A DNA stretch of 64,000 nt from NCBI GenBank assembly GCA_002269645.1, contig NIVC01002839.1, positions 72,196 to 136,195 of the forward strand, given 5' to 3'. The position numbers and the translations under genes are program-made. The stretch comes from Macrostomum lignano. Its lineage: Eukaryota. Under the pieces are notes generated by a model. That model had not been told where the DNA came from, searched no databases, and saw only the letters and a program-made list of their open reading frames with translations. Positions 24,830 through 39,109 of the stretch are shown one piece after another (position 1 is the first letter of the stretch; each line of letters begins with the position of its first letter).

Positions 24830-25975
24830 GATGCGAGTGGAAAGGAGAAGGAATAGACTGGTAGAAAGAGAGGAGGGGCGAGAGGGGGATAAGAGAAAAG
24901 ATAGAAGATAACAGGAGAGACGAGGGTGGTGAGGAGAGAGCAGAGAATATGGGAGGAAGAAGCGAGAGGAGGGGAGAGAGGAGAGAGAAAAGAGTAGAGG
25001 TGAGAAGAGGGAGGGAGAAGAGGGGAGAGATAAGACAGATGATCGATGAGAGAGGAGAGTATAGAAGAGTGAGATGAGAGTAGAGATGAGAAAACAGAGA
25101 GGAGATCGAGAGGAGAGATTAGAAAGGATAGAGAGGAGATGAGAGGGGGAGAGAGGAGAGAGAGAGTTGAGAAAGAAGAGAGGAGAAAGGAAGAGGAGGA
25201 GAGAAGAAAGAGATGAGATTGTAGAGATGAGAGAGATGAAAGGAAAGATGAGACATTAAGGAATAGAGAGCAGGGTGTGCAGAAAGACGAGAGAAGAGAA
25301 TAGAGGGGAGAGAGTATAGAAGAGGAAAGAGAAGAGATGAGTAAGGAAAGAGGAGTCAGAAGAGGGGAAAATACACAGGAGAGAGAAGAGACAGAAGAGA
25401 GAGGGGGATGAGAGAGCAAAGATGAGAATGAACAGACGATATATGAGAGGAAAGAGAAGACAAGAGAGGGAGAGAGTTTAGAAGAGGGAAGAGAAGAGAA
25501 AAGAAAAAAGGAGAGATGAGTCACAAGAGGGGAAGAGAAGAGTACAGTGGAGAGAGGTGAGACAACATACGAGTATAAGAGAGTAAAGATGAGAGATGAG
25601 AGAGGGGAAATGAGATAGCAGAAACGAGAGTGAACAGACAAGAGATGGGAGAGTAGAGAGAAAAGAGGAAAGATAAGAAATAAGAGATGAGATGAGACAA
25701 AGGGAGAGAGAAGTGAGTGAGGAGAGAGGAAGTGGAAAGAGAATCGAGAGGACAGGGGAAAGGACTAGAGAGGAGAGGAAAGAGGGGAGAGATTAGAGAG
25801 GAGAAAAGAGATGAGACAGGAGAGAGCAGGGAGATGAGAGAGAAAAGATGAGAAAAGAATAGAGGGGAGAATGGAGAGATGAGAGAAGAGGGGACAGGAG
25901 AAGAAAGAAGAGAGGAGAGGAGAGAGAGAAGAGATGGGAGAGAAGAGAGGGAACAGAAGAGAAAATAGATGTTTC
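24830..25975. repeat. Degenerate GA-rich polypurine tract
   Basis: About 1.1 kb almost entirely A/G on the plus strand. Confidence 0.95.
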
Positions 25976-26956
25976 AAAGAATCCAAGGGACATAGGGAGA
26001 GGCAGAGGTAGAGACCAGAGTTTGCCTGACATTCTGCGCAGAACCCCAGACAACAAGATCAATGTTTGCCTCAAATACTAATTTTACACGAATGTACTCT
26101 ATTTTTATGTTTAACTCTATCCTAACTATTAACAAGTTTTTTGTTTGAGTTTGACCTCAGATTTTAGAATACATGCAAAAATAGTTCCAGGGATTGGAAT
26201 TCGCCGTGTTCAAAATCTGCAGGTTTCAACAGCTTGTTATATTTATAGTCTTTTAAATTGAAATTATTTGCCTAGACTAGAATGGAATCTTTGCATGACA
26301 GTTTTGGAACAGAAAGTTGCATGCAAGTTTTAGGATTATCTATTATAAAATATTCAAATGTGCAAAACTAGAGGATTGCCAAGTTTTTTGTGGTTGCAAC
26401 AATAAAAAACAATGTTCATACATACTATAACAATCTTATCATGTCCACTTCATCTTTATGGTAGCTTGCTATAAAAGGAAGTTCTGATCTTTATTCTAAA
26501 TTACCCCTATCCTGACTAGACTAGGGGCAAAGTGCTTTATTTTCAACTTCAATCGTGCATTTTTAAGTTTTCTTGTTGTTATAAAGTTGGGCAAGTTTAC
26601 CATGAAATATGCAGGCAAGTACATAAGTTTTCTAGATTCCTGCAATGTCTTCTTACAACTATATCTTAAGTCTATTTTTTATTGTAAGTCTAATTGGGTA
26701 TCTTTCTTAAATAGACCTACTATCACTTCAATGCTAGATGTTTTGGTGCCAGATACTTTGGTGTCAGGTCACTTTTGTGCCAGGTTGTATTGTATACTAA
26801 AGTGAATGTGCCTAACCCAATATGCCAAAAACAAGTACTTCTAATACTCTTATAGTAGATACTCGCACCTATCTATCTGTATAATCTCAAAGGCAAGAAT
26901 AGAGCTCTAATAAAATGTAAATATATATTTCTGCAGCCTAAACTGTTATAAAAAAG

Positions 26957-29900
26957 ATGCACACTTTGAAATTATTGATTCGGCCATGTCTGCTTCTATC
27001 ACTGCTGTTGCTGTTGTTGCTATGCACTTCAACATTGGCCGCATCTGGCAGCGAAGACTATTATACCTTGCTTGGCGTGTCTAGAACAGCCACCGCTGCA
27101 CTGATTAAAAAGGCCTTCAAAAAGCTCGTGATGGAGAAACACCCGGATAGGAATAAAGCAGACCCTGGAGCCAATGCTCTGTTCATGCGAATAAATCGAG
27201 CCTATGAAGTTTTGAAAAGTCCCGAACTACGCGAACGCTACGATCGATTTGGCGAGGCCGGCATTAAAGCTCACGAAGAGGAGGGCCAGCAGTACGAACG
27301 GGCGCACGGGGCTGAGAAAGCTGGCGGTCTGTTTGCCGACGATCCTCAGATTGTCAAACTAACCCCGGAAAGATACGAATCTGTTTCTAGGAATATCGGC
27401 GAAGGTGGAGACGGCCAGATTTGGTTTGTTAATTTCTACGCTTCGCAAGTGACTCGAAGCGAGAAATTTGCTCAAATGGTTAGTGGAGATATATCACAGA
27501 TACTCGGGAAAATTCGCTTATCTTTATTTCCTTAATTCTTGCCTTGAGATACAAAATTTAATAAATTTTACAAGATTATGCAAAGTTTTTGAAGCTGCAA
27601 CAAAGTTATCTGGCTTTCGACAAGCAGACCTGTGATTAAATTTGCATCTTCACCCCGTTCAAAGCTGCACTCAAATCCACAGTGCGTGTGCATAGCGAGC
27701 AGCAAAAAAAGTTACGCTCCAGCCCCCAGCCAGGCCGATAAAGAGTGGTTTTCCTCTTACCTCGTGTCTGACTAACTTTGACCTCTCTCCTTACTGCTCC
27801 CTCATTGGCTGAGCTAGATTGGGCCTGCCCCCTAGGCTGAGTTTCGTCCGTCTGCCTTTAACCTCTCTCCTTACTGCTCGCTCATTGGCTGAGCTAGATT
27901 GAGTCTGCGCTCTGCCCCTAGGCTGATTTTTGTCCGTCTGACTTTGACCTCTCTCCTTACATTGGCTGAGCTGGATTGGGCCTGCCCCCTAGGCTGGGTT
28001 TCGTCCGTCTTGCGTTCACTTGTGTACATTGAATTAAATGCTTGCTGTTCATTCTTAACCCCATGTACCTCTGAGGCTGCAAACCGCAAGGCAAGAAGGG
28101 AAATTTTTGCTCCCACAATAAATTTAAATAATGCTGCGCAGACAAACTACTGAAAAAATAGTAGACTACATTTTCGCAACTACTGGCACAGCTGGCAGCG
28201 CCCAGATTAATTCTGCTCATTCCACTGACTGTTGAGCGCACACAAGCGCTCCAATACTATACATAGGCACGCTCTCATACACACGCTCACACAGGGTGTA
28301 AAGCGGCCCTGACATGTACACTCTGGTCTTCATTGGTCCCTCAACTCTGTTGTATTGTTTTGTCCACTCTGAAGGCAGTGTATTGTAAGTTATATTAGTA
28401 AAAGATGTCGACACAAAGCAGAAAAATTCCAATTGCCAGTGTTAAACGAATTGTTACTTAACTTTTTATAAACAATATTGTTTTATTATTTATCTTGTAT
28501 CATTATTATAATTATGCAGTGGCGCGAGGTTGGTCACGAATTGGAGGACGTTATCCGCGTGGCTGCAATCGACTGCCAAGAGGCCGGCTACCTGTGCGAG
28601 AATATTCCCGAACTGCGAAACGCCGAGCCGCCCGTCTTCTTTTTCTATCCTGTAATTAGGCAATTAGTAATTGTTTAAATTGTGTGTCTGTATAGACAGA
28701 CAGGCAGACAGACAGACAGACAAGTAGACAGACTCTAAGACAGACAGACAGAAGACAGACAAGTAGACAGACACTAAGACAGACAGACAGGCAGACAGGT
28801 AGACAGACACTAAGACAGACAGACAGGCAGACAGGTAGACAGACACTAAGACAGACAGACAGGTAGACAGACACTAAGACAGACAGACAGGCAGACAGGT
28901 AGACAGACACTAAGACAGACAGACAATTCGATAGACACTTTGACAGACAGACAGACAAATCCAGGACACTCAAGCAGACTACCTGACTGAGACAAATTTA
29001 GATATTTCAATTAGCATAGCAACTCATCTTGCACAATCTGAATTGACCCGCAGGGCCACCGCATGTACACGGGCCCGCTAACAAAAGAGTCTTTATTGGA
29101 CGCCGCTCTGCGCCGTATCGAACAAAGCCACGTCGAACTAACCGAATCGAATGTACTGAGCCGCCTGTCCGATCAATCGGCCCCGGCGCACTGGCTTGTG
29201 ACTTTCTGCGGCGGTCGTGGCGCTGTGGACTGTTTCAGTCAGAGAACGCTGAAAAAGCTTGCCTTCGTGTTTCACGGCTACGTTGGCGTCGGCCGGGTCG
29301 ACTGTGGTCAAGACGCCGCCCTGTGTAGTCGGTTGAACCCGGCGTCATCTGCCACTAGCGGCGCCGGAGCTGATGGCGCGCACGCGCCCTCTGCTCGCCT
29401 GTTTGTGAACGCCAACAGCGGCGGCGTAGATCTGGACGCTCTCGGAGCTGCCGGACTGCCTGTGACATCGCTGCACACTCAGGAGACCGTGCGCGGAGTG
29501 CTGAGGCTGCTGCCGCCGCTGCCCGCTGATGAAGGTCGGGTTGCTGACCGACTAGCTACTGCCGTGTTTGATGTGAGTTGTTTTTGACGGCGGGATTCTG
29601 AGGAATAGTGGGATTTTTAATTGATAGGGAAATTCTGAGGGGATGGGGCGATTCTAAGGGGATGAGGAGATTCTGAGGGGATGGGGAGATTCTGAGGGGA
29701 TTGGGAGATTCTGGGGATGGGAGATTCTGAGGGATTAGGAGATTCTGAGAGTATAAGGAGATTATGAGAGTATGGGGCGATTCTGAGGGTATTGGGAGAT
29801 TCTGAGGGGATGGGGATTCTAAGTGGATGGGGTGATTCTGAGGGGATGGGGAGATTCTGAGGGGATGGGGAGATTCTGATGGGATTAGGGAGATTATGAG

Positions 29901-32900
29901 AGTATGGGGAGATTCTGAGAGTATGGGGAGATTCTGAGGAGATTATTCGATGCTGAGGGATGGGGAGATTCTGAAGGGATGGGGAGATTCTGGAGGGATG
30001 GGAGATTCTGAGAGTATGGGGAGATTCTGAGTATTGGGAGATTCTGAGGAATTGAGACGATGCTGAAGGTATTGGGAGATTATGAGGGGATGGGGAGATT
30101 TTTATGGGATAGGGAGATTCTGGGGGATGGGGATTCTAAGTGGATGGGGAGATTCTGAGGGGATGGGGATTCTGAGGGTATGGGGCAGGATTCTGAACGG
30201 ATAAGGAGTTGCTGAGGGAATGGGGTGATTTTGAAAGGATGGCTGGATTCTGCGTGAAAGAGACTCCATCTTTTTGAGAACAGGATATAAAGGGAATTCC
30301 GATGGGATTAGAAATTTTAATGCATGGGGATGTGCAGAAGCAGAGGATGTTTAAATCGTATTTTATTCCCGCCTTTGTCTCTAGGGCGGTTCTCTCCGCC
30401 AAGCTCACCTGCTACTACTCGACGAAGCTTCATCATCCACTTCGTCGAACGCCGACGCCCAGCTCAAACGCCTCGAGCCGTTGCTGAAGCCTCATAAAAT
30501 TCGAGTTGCTCGTCTCGCCTGCGGTAACTCAGCTGATCAATCGACTCGCAATCTGTGTCAGCGACTGCCAATTCTTCGCAGTGCCAAGAAACAGCAGCAC
30601 CAGCCTGCCGCGGTGCTGATCAAACGAACTGGCGATTTTGAAGTTTATTATGGTGAGTGAGACTGTTGATAGAGTTGCACAGATACAGATGAGAGTGATA
30701 GAGATGCTGAGGTGCTGGCGCCCCTGGTGCTAAAGCCCCTGGTGCTGGCGCCCCTGGTGCTGGCGCCCCTGGTGCTAAAGCCCCTGGTGCTGGCGCCCCT
30801 GGTGCTAAAGCCCCTGGTGCTAAAGCCTTTGGTGCTGGCGCGCCAGCACAAGGGCACAAAACTTTTGGGCGCCATTGCCAGTCATTGGCCACGCCCTAGC
30901 TCAGCATCTTGATCACCATATAGCTGTCACGCACCCGTTTCAGGCGAAGTTCACTACATGGACATCAAAGAGTTCGCATTGGCCGCCATCGCCAATCCAA
31001 TGACCGGACTGACAGGCGAGACTTTTGCCAATCTGGTGGATTCCGCGCCTGACGGCACCTATTGGTTCTTGGACTTTTTTGCTCCGGTAAGTGCTTGCAT
31101 TTTTATAGGGCGAAGTGACGGTTGGTACGGATAAGAGAGGGAGGTATGGGCTAGGGCTCAGAGAGGGAGGTAAAGATGAGAGAGGTAGGATAGGGATGAG
31201 AGAGACAGGTAGGGATGAGAGAGACAGGTAGGGATGAGAGAGACAGGTAGGGATGAGAGAGACAGGTAGGGATGAGAGAGACAGGTAGGGTTGAGAGAGA
31301 CAGGTAGGGATGACAGAGGGGGCTGGGATGAGAGAGACCGGTGGTGATGAGAGAAACAGACAGACAGGGATGATAGAGGGGGCTGGGATGAGAGTGACAG
31401 GTGGTGATGAGAGTGACAGGTGGTGATGAGAAAGACAGGTAGGGATGAGAGAGACAGGTAGGGTTGAGAGAGACAGGTAGGGATGACAGAGGGGGCTGGG
31501 ATGAGAGAGACCGGTGGTGATGAGAGAGACAGACAGACAGGGATGATAGAGGGGGCTGGGATGAGAGTGACAGGTGGTGATGAGAGTGACAGGTGGTGAT
31601 GAGAAAGACAGGTAGGGATGAGAGAGACAGGTAGGGATGAAAGAGGGGGCTGGGATGAGAGTGACAGGTGGTGATGAGAGAGACAGACAGGTAGGGATGA
31701 CAGAGGGGGCTGGGATGAGAGAGACAGGTGGTGATGAGAGAGACAGGTGGTGATGAGAAAGACAGACAGACAGGGATGATAGAGGGGGCTGGGATGAGAG
31801 TGACAGGTGGTGATGAGAGTGACAGGTGGTGATGAGAAAGACAGGTAGGGATGAGAGAGACAGGTAGGGTTGAGAGAGACAGGTAGGGATGAGAGAGACA
31901 GGTAGGGATGAAAGAGGGGGCTGGGATGAGAGTGACAGGTGGTGATGAGAGAGACAGACAGGTAGGGATGACAGAGGGGGCTGGGATGAGAGAGACAGGT
32001 GGTGATGAGAGAGACAGGTAGGGATGAGACAGACAGGTAGGGTTGAGAGAGACAGGTAGGGATGAAAGAGGGGGCTGGGATGAGAGTGACAGGTGGTGAT
32101 GAGAGAGACAGACAGGTAGGGATGACAGAGGGGGCTGGGATGAGAGAGACAGGTGGTGATGAGAGAGACAGGTGGTGATGAGAAAGACAGACAGACAGGG
32201 ATGATAGAGGGGGCTGGGATGAGAGTGACAGGTGGTGATGAGAGTGACAGGTGGTGATGAGAAAGACAGGTAGGGATGAGAGAGACAGGTAGGGTTGAGA
32301 GAGACAGGTAGGGATGAGAGAGACAGGTAGGGATGAGAGAGACAGGTAGGGATGAGAGAGACAGGTAGGGATGAGAGAGACAGGTAGGGATGAGAGAGAC
32401 AGGTAGGGTTGAGAGAGACAGGTAGGGATGAGAGAGACAGTTAGGGATGAAAGAGGGGGCTGGGATGAGAGTGACAGGTGGTGATGAGAGAGACAGACAG
32501 GTAGGGATGACAGAGGGGGCTGGGATGAGAGAGACAGGTGGTGATGAGAGAGACAGGTAGGGATGAGAGAGACAGGTAGGGTTGAGAGAGACAGGTAGGG
32601 ATGAAAGAGGGGGCTGGGATGAGAGTGACAGGTGGTGATGAGAGAGACAGACAGGTAGGGATGACAGAGGGGGCTGGGATGAGAGAGACAGGTGGTGATG
32701 AGAGAGACAGGTGGTGATGAGAAAGACAGACAGACAGGGATGATAGAGGGGGCTGGGATGAGAGTGACAGGTGGTGATGAGAGTGACAGGTGGTGATGAG
32801 AAAGACAGACAGACAGGGATGATAGAGACAGGTAGGGTTGAGAGAGACAGGTAGGGATGAGAGAGACAGGTAGGGATGAGAGAGACAGGTAGGGATGAGA

Positions 32901-35900
32901 GAGACAGGTAGGGATGAGAGAGACAGGTAGGGATGAGAGAGACAGGTAGGGTTGAGAGAGACAGGTAGGGATGAGAGAGACAGGTAGGGATGAAAGAGGG
33001 GGCTGGGATGAGAGTGACAGGTGGTGATGAGAGAGACAGACAGGTAGGGATGACAGAGGGGGCTGGGATGAGAGAGACAGGTGGTGATGAGAGAGACAGG
33101 TAGGGATGAGAGAGACAGGTAGGGTTGAGAGAGACAGGTAGGGATGAAAGAGGGGGCTGGGATGAGAGTGACAGGTGGTGATGAGAGAGACAGACAGGTA
33201 GGGATGACAGAGGGGGCTGGGATGAGAGAGACAGGTGGTGATGAGAGAGACAGGTGGTGATGAGAAAGACAGACAGACAGGGATGATAGAGGGGGCTGGG
33301 ATGAGAGTGACAGGTGGTGATGAGAGTGACAGGTGGTGATGAGAAAGACAGGTAGGGATGAGAGAGACAGGTAGGGTTGAGAGAGACAGGTAGGGATGAG
33401 AGAGACAGGTAGGGATGAGAGAGACAGGTAGGGATGAGAGAGACAGGTAGGGATGAGAGAGACAGTTAGGGATGAGAGAGACAGGTAGGGATGAGAGAGA
33501 CAGGTAGGGATGAGAGAGACAGGTAGGGATGAGAGAGACAGGTAGGGATGAAAGAGGGGGCTGGGATGAGAGTGACAGGTGGTGATGAGAGTGACAGGTG
33601 GTGATGAGAGAGACAGGTGGTGATGAGAGAGACAGGTGGTGATGAGAGTGACAGGTGGTGATGAGAGAGACAGGTGGTGATGAGAGAGACAGGTGGTGAT
33701 GAGAGAGACAGGTATACCTACGTAGAGATGAGAAGAATCAGTGCAGAAGGGGGAGATGGATGAGAAAGGAGATAGAAGAGATGTGTTACAGAAGGGGGGA
33801 CAGGAGCAGCAGAATCAAGGAGAGAGACAGGTTATCAATAATATCAGTGGTATAGTGCTAGCAGTCCAGTCCCCATCAAGGCCACACCGTGCATCTCTAC
33901 CTACCAAAACCCCCACCCCTCCACCCAGTGGTGCCCGCCCTGCATGAAGGCTCTGCCGCAGTTCCGCGAAGCGGCCCGCCTCTACGAATCCGAACTGGGC
34001 GTCGACCTGCCAGCCGGGGTTCGTCTACGCTTCGGCGCAATCGACTGCACTATTGACAAAGCGTTGTGCAACAGGTTCTCAATCAATAGTTATCCCACAC
34101 TGCTGCTGCTGTTGAAGGGCAATTCAAAGCGAGTGAAATTTCGCGGCTCAAAATTTGCTCACCAAATGCTGGCTTTTGCCGAAGCGTTTGTTAAACCGGC
34201 GGCAGTGTATTTCAATCCTGATAGCTTCGAGAACACGGTGGCTGTCAGCAAGCGGACTCACGTCTGGCTGGTGTACTTTCATTCCGTTAATTGCCAGCCG
34301 TGCGTTGAGTTTATGCCCGAGCTGAATGCCTTGGCTAAGGTTTGTGTGTACTGTGTAATAAATGTATGGGGAAAATTTCTTATCTAGGGTGTTTTGGATA
34401 AAATCGGAATGATTTCCCAATGGGATATTTTGGAATGGTATGGGATTATTTCCTAGTGGGATATTTTGGAATGGGATAGGATGATTTCCCAAATGGGATA
34501 TTTTGGAATGGGATAGGATGATTTCCCAAATGGGATATTTTGGAATGAGATACGATGATTTCCCAATGGGATATTTTGGAATGGGATAGGATGATTTCCC
34601 AATGGGATATTTTGGAATGGTAAAGGATGATTTCCCAATGGGATATTTTGGAATGAGATAGGTTGATTTCCCAATGGGATATTTTGGAATGGGATAGGAT
34701 GATTTCCCAATGGGATATTTTGGAATGAGATAGGATGATTTCCCAATGGGATATTTTGGAATGGTAAAGAATGATTTCCTAGTGGGATATTTTGGAATGG
34801 GCTAGGATGATTTCCTAGTGGGATATTTTGGAATGGGATAGGATGATTTCCTAGTGGGATATTTTGGAATGGGATAGGATGATTTCCTAGTGGGATATTT
34901 TGGAATGGGATAGGATGATTTCCTAGTGGGATATTTTGGAATGGGATAGGATGATTTCCTAGTGGGATATTTTGGAATGGGATAGAATGATTTCCCGAAT
35001 GGGATATTTTGGAATGGGATAGGATGATTTCCCAATGGGATATTTTGGAATGGGATAGGATGATTTTCCAATGGGATATTTTGGAACGGTATAGGATGAT
35101 TTCCCAATGGGATATTTTGGAATGGTATAGGATGATTTCCTAGTGGGATATTATGGAATGGGATGATTTCCTAATGGAATATTTTAGAATGGTATAGAAT
35201 GATTTCCCAATATAATATTTTGGAATGGGATAGGATGATTTTCCAATGGGATGTTTTGAAGTAGGATAGGATGATTTCCCAATGGGATGTTTTGGAGTGG
35301 GATAGGATGATTTCCTAGTGGGATAGAATGATTTCCCAATGGGGTATTTTTGAATGGGATATGATGATTTCCTAGTGGGATAGAATGATTTCCCAATAGG
35401 ATATTTTGGAATGGGATAGATGGTTTCCCAATGAGGTATTTTTTAATCGGATGGATAATTTCCGAATGGAATATTTTGGACTGCGGATAGATGATTTCTT
35501 AAAGGGATATTTTTTAACCGGGATGATTTCCCAATGGGAAAATTAGTATAGTCTTAAAACTTCTAACATGCTTGGTAACTGCCGTCAGCTGTCTATGGAA
35601 AGTTAAAATCCTTTCCATTCGCTCCAACAGAACTTTCAAGGCCATCGGCATATTCGCATTGGCGCTGTGGATTGCGTCACTCATCCAAATCTGTGCAGCA
35701 GGAACGGAATCCGGTCCTATCCAACCATCAGGGCCTACCCAGTGGATAAGACTGGACCAGACGATTATTTGTAAGCAGTTTAGTTTCTATCAATATTAAC
35801 TTTTTTTGCATTTTCATCCTAGTAGTCTACTAATAGTAGAAATTTTATAAAATTACCAGTAAATATAATGATACGTTTAATACTGGATGCTTTATAACTT

Positions 35901-38323
35901 CACTACTTACAGTAAACATAGAAATTTGCTTGCTTATTTCAGCGACTACAACAGTCCGTTCCGCAACAGCGATTCCATTGCTAGCTGGCTGGAAACCTTC
36001 TCGCCCCAGTCTATACTGATGTTTAATAGTCGATCATTGTTTCAATCGGAATTGGCCTCCGACGAGCCCTGGGTTGTGTACTTTTATGCCGACTGGTGCG
36101 GGCCCTGCCAGGCGTTTGCGCCGACGTTTAAAGTTGTTGCCAACGTGAGTTCAAAGCGATCAAACTGAGCTGAGAATCGCCCCTAAATTGACCTAAGAAT
36201 CATTTCTAAGCTAACCTAAGAATCACTCCTAAACTAACCTGATATTCATTTCTAAACTGACTTAAAATAATTCCTAAACTAACTTAAGAAACAATCCTAA
36301 ACTAACCTAAGAATTGCTCTTAAACTGACCTAAGAATACTCCTAAAGTGATCTAAGAATCGCTCCCAAAGTGATCTAAGAATCGCTCCCAAAGTGATCCA
36401 AGAATCGCTCCCAAAGTGATCTAAGAATCGCTCCCAAAGTGATCCAAGAATCGCTCCCAAAGTGATCTAAGAATCGCTCCCAAAGTGATCCAAGAATCGC
36501 TCCCAAAGTGATCTAAGAATCGCTCCCAAAGTGATCTAAGAATCGCTCCCAAAGTGATCCAAGAATCGCTCCCAAAGTGATCTAAGAATCGCTCCCAAAG
36601 TGATCTAAGAATCGCTCCCAAAGTGATCTAAGAATACTCCTAAAGTGATCTAAGAATCACTCCTATTAAACTAACCTAAAAATCACTCCTAAACTGACCT
36701 AAGAATCGCTCTTAAACTGACCTAAGAATACTCCTAAAGTGATCTACGAGTAAGAATCGCTCCTATTAAACTAACCTAAAAATCACTCCTAAAATAACCT
36801 AAGAATCGCTCTTAAACTGGCCTAAGAATCGCTCCTTAACTAACCTAAGAATCGCCGCTCCTAAGCTGACCTAAGAATCCTAAACTGGCATAGGAATCAC
36901 TCCTAAACTGACCCAAGAATCACTCCTAAACTGACCCAAGAATCACTCCTAAACTAACCAAATCACTTCTTTCCTTGCAGAAGCTCGGCCGCTACGCCAA
37001 TTTCGGCAAAGTCGACTGCGACCCCTATCAGGATCTGTGCGTGTCCAAGGGCATTCAGACTATGCCCTCTGTGGCTCTGTTCACTAATGGAAAGGTAAAA
37101 AGCCACCATCTTCCCAGACTCAGCCACCGCCCTCCCAGACCCCGGACTCAGCCACCGCCCTCCCTGACGCTAGGCTCAGCCACCGCCCTCCCAGACCCCG
37201 GACTCAGCCACCGCCCTCCCAGACCCCAGGCTCAGCCACCGCCCTCCCAGACCCCAGGCTCAGCCACCGCCCTGCCAGACCGCAGGCTCAGCCACCGCCC
37301 TCCCAGACCCCAGGCTCAGCCACCGCCCTTTGCAACTTGAACAACAAAAGCTTGGACAAAAGGCGCTTGGGACCGGGGGCGCTGAGCACGCAGTTGTTAT
37401 ACTCATGCCAGGCTCAGCCACCGCCCTCCCAGACCCCAGGCTCAGCCACCGCCCTCCCAGACCCCAGGCTCAGCCACCGCCCTCCCAGACTCAAGGCTCA
37501 GCCACTACCCTCCCAAGCTCAGCCACCGCCCTCCCAGACCCCAAGCTCAGCCACCGCCCTCCCAGACCCAGGTGCAGCAGCCCCTCAGCTTACATTATCA
37601 GTAGTTGCGCCTCCAGCTGCTCAATATGCAGCCATCAGAGGCAAATTCGCACCCAGTTGAGCTCTGATATTGACAGCAGTTCTCACAGTGTCGCATCGGA
37701 GTTGGCAGTTTGGGTTGCAAGAGAGACACCGGCGCCTCTGCGCTTATCATGGGCCCGCAGTCCGGAACAATGGACCGGCCCGTTAGTCACGAGGCGGACA
37801 GCTTTAATGCTGATCCCAGATCCCCAGTTTATGAACTAAAATTCAATCATTGTCTCAGGTTGAGCCGCCATTGTCCGTAGCTGGGCCAGTCTCTCAGATC
37901 CTCAGTTGCTGGGCTAACCTATCAGATCCTCAGTTGCTGGGCCAGCCTCTCAGATCCACAGTTGCTAAGCCAGCCTTCCAGAGTGTCAGTTGCTGGGCCA
38001 GCCTCCCAGAGTGTCAGTTGCTGGGCCAGCCCTCCAAGTCCTTAGTTTCCCATGTGCAAGATGTTTGTATTTCATTATCCTTGCAGCTCCTTCAGCACCT
38101 CTCGGGCCAGTCAGTCTACAATCTAGAATCAAGCGTCAAAACACATTACTCTAAGAAACGCGATAAAGCTCGAGTATTCTACGGTTACCATAGCAACCAG
38201 TTCGACGATGACGAGGGCGGCGGCGGAGGCGGTTGGCAGCGGGTTGTCATTAACGACGGCAGCGGCCAGTTCTTCACCATGGGCGACGGAATGCCGTTTC
38301 AGTTTGTCCACGATGAGTTCTAA
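26957..38323 (+). CDS. DNAJC10: ERdj5 (J-domain plus thioredoxin repeats), 10 exons: 26957-27478, 28520-28651, 29054-29572, 30385-30652, 30944-31086, 33929-34339, 35631-35770, 35943-36144, 36981-37094, about 38087-38323
   Basis: Signal peptide, DYYTLLGV...KHPDRN J-domain, WCPPC, NCQPC and WCGPC thioredoxin motifs, C-terminal HDEF ER-retention signal. GT-AG junctions are phase-consistent. Confidence 0.93.
27765..28070. repeat. Dispersed repeat with tandem ~70-bp ATTGGCTGAG-containing units (second copy 51670-52195)
   Basis: Same unit and the same tail (TTGTGTACAT...TTAAATGCTTG...TTCTTAACCCCAT) at both loci. Confidence 0.85.
28690..28960. repeat. (AGAC)n microsatellite
   Basis: Visible tandem repeat in DNAJC10 intron 2. 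Confidence 0.95.
29600..30200. repeat. G-rich minisatellite (GGGGAGATTCTGAGGGGAT-like)
   Basis: Visible in DNAJC10 intron 3. Confidence 0.9.
31170..33715. repeat. 2.5-kb compound minisatellite (GAGAGAGACAGGTAGGGAT and variants) with higher-order structure
   Basis: Visible in DNAJC10 intron 5. Confidence 0.95.
34400..35540. repeat. ~36-bp minisatellite GGATATTTTGGAATGGGATAGGATGATTTCCCAATG
   Basis: Visible in DNAJC10 intron 6. Confidence 0.95.
36180..36960. repeat. ~23-bp minisatellite AAGAATCGCTCCCAAAGTGATCT
   Basis: Visible in DNAJC10 intron 8. Confidence 0.95.
37100..37570. repeat. C-rich minisatellite CTCAGCCACCGCCCTCCCAGACCCCAGG
   Basis: Visible in DNAJC10 intron 9. Confidence 0.92.
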
Positions 38324-39109
38324 TAAGAAATTCTCAAATGTTATAATAGAAACATTCTCTTAGCCTACTTGAAGTAGTCTTCATTCTGTCAAAATTTTGA
38401 ACTTTTTGATTCTTTTAGACGTCTATTAAACAACTACTGGTGTTTTTGTTGTCTGTAATTGTTTGTTCGCGATCAAAATATGTGTTTTTTATTTGCATTA
38501 CTATTAGTTTAGTAGTGGTTGAGGTCCGTCTCTGCCTTTTTTTCTGTATTGTTAAACTAAGATTTTTCTAAAGTCTTCCCATAAGGTTGCAGGACCAGAA
38601 TTGAGGCAATGAATGTTTCTTTTTTGTTTTTTAGTCCGTTTGTTTTTGTTGAAGCGCATTATTAAACCTCCCAAGGATTTGCATTCGTTTTCAGTTAAAA
38701 TGTGTACGATTTAAAGATTAGCTATTTGTTATGTTGTATGCACAAATATAATATATACTGGTAGTAGCTATTTAAAAATGTGCCAAAATTTGTCCTTTTT
38801 GTTTGATTTTTTTCAAATTTGTATCATAACTTAACACTTCTGTGCGATTGATATGCGAAATGACTAGTAGGGTTTTAAGGGGGTCACAATGTAGAGTGGG
38901 TCAGTGTAACCACCGCTTGTATATGAAGCTAAGAGACCACCCTAAATATTGTTATAGAGGTCTATGACCCTTCTCAAGTTGTAGAATCAAAGTAGGTTAA
39001 TAGCCATCCTCAGGATGTATTATATAAAAGGTGGGCAATGACCCCTCTGAAGTTGTAGGATCTAATGGGTCAATAGCTACCCTCAAGATGTATTATTGAA
39101 GGGGGTCGC

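Noticed and set aside
24784-25641. 285-aa Ser/Leu-rich minus-strand ORF
   Set aside because: By-product of the GA-rich tract.
27765-28070. Possible hammerhead ribozyme (GGACGAAAC on the minus strand)
   Set aside because: No upstream CTGANGA core at a suitable distance and no stem II.
37330-37839. ORFs spanning DNAJC10 intron 9
   Set aside because: Derived from the C-rich minisatellite; the true gene splices from 37094 to about 38087.
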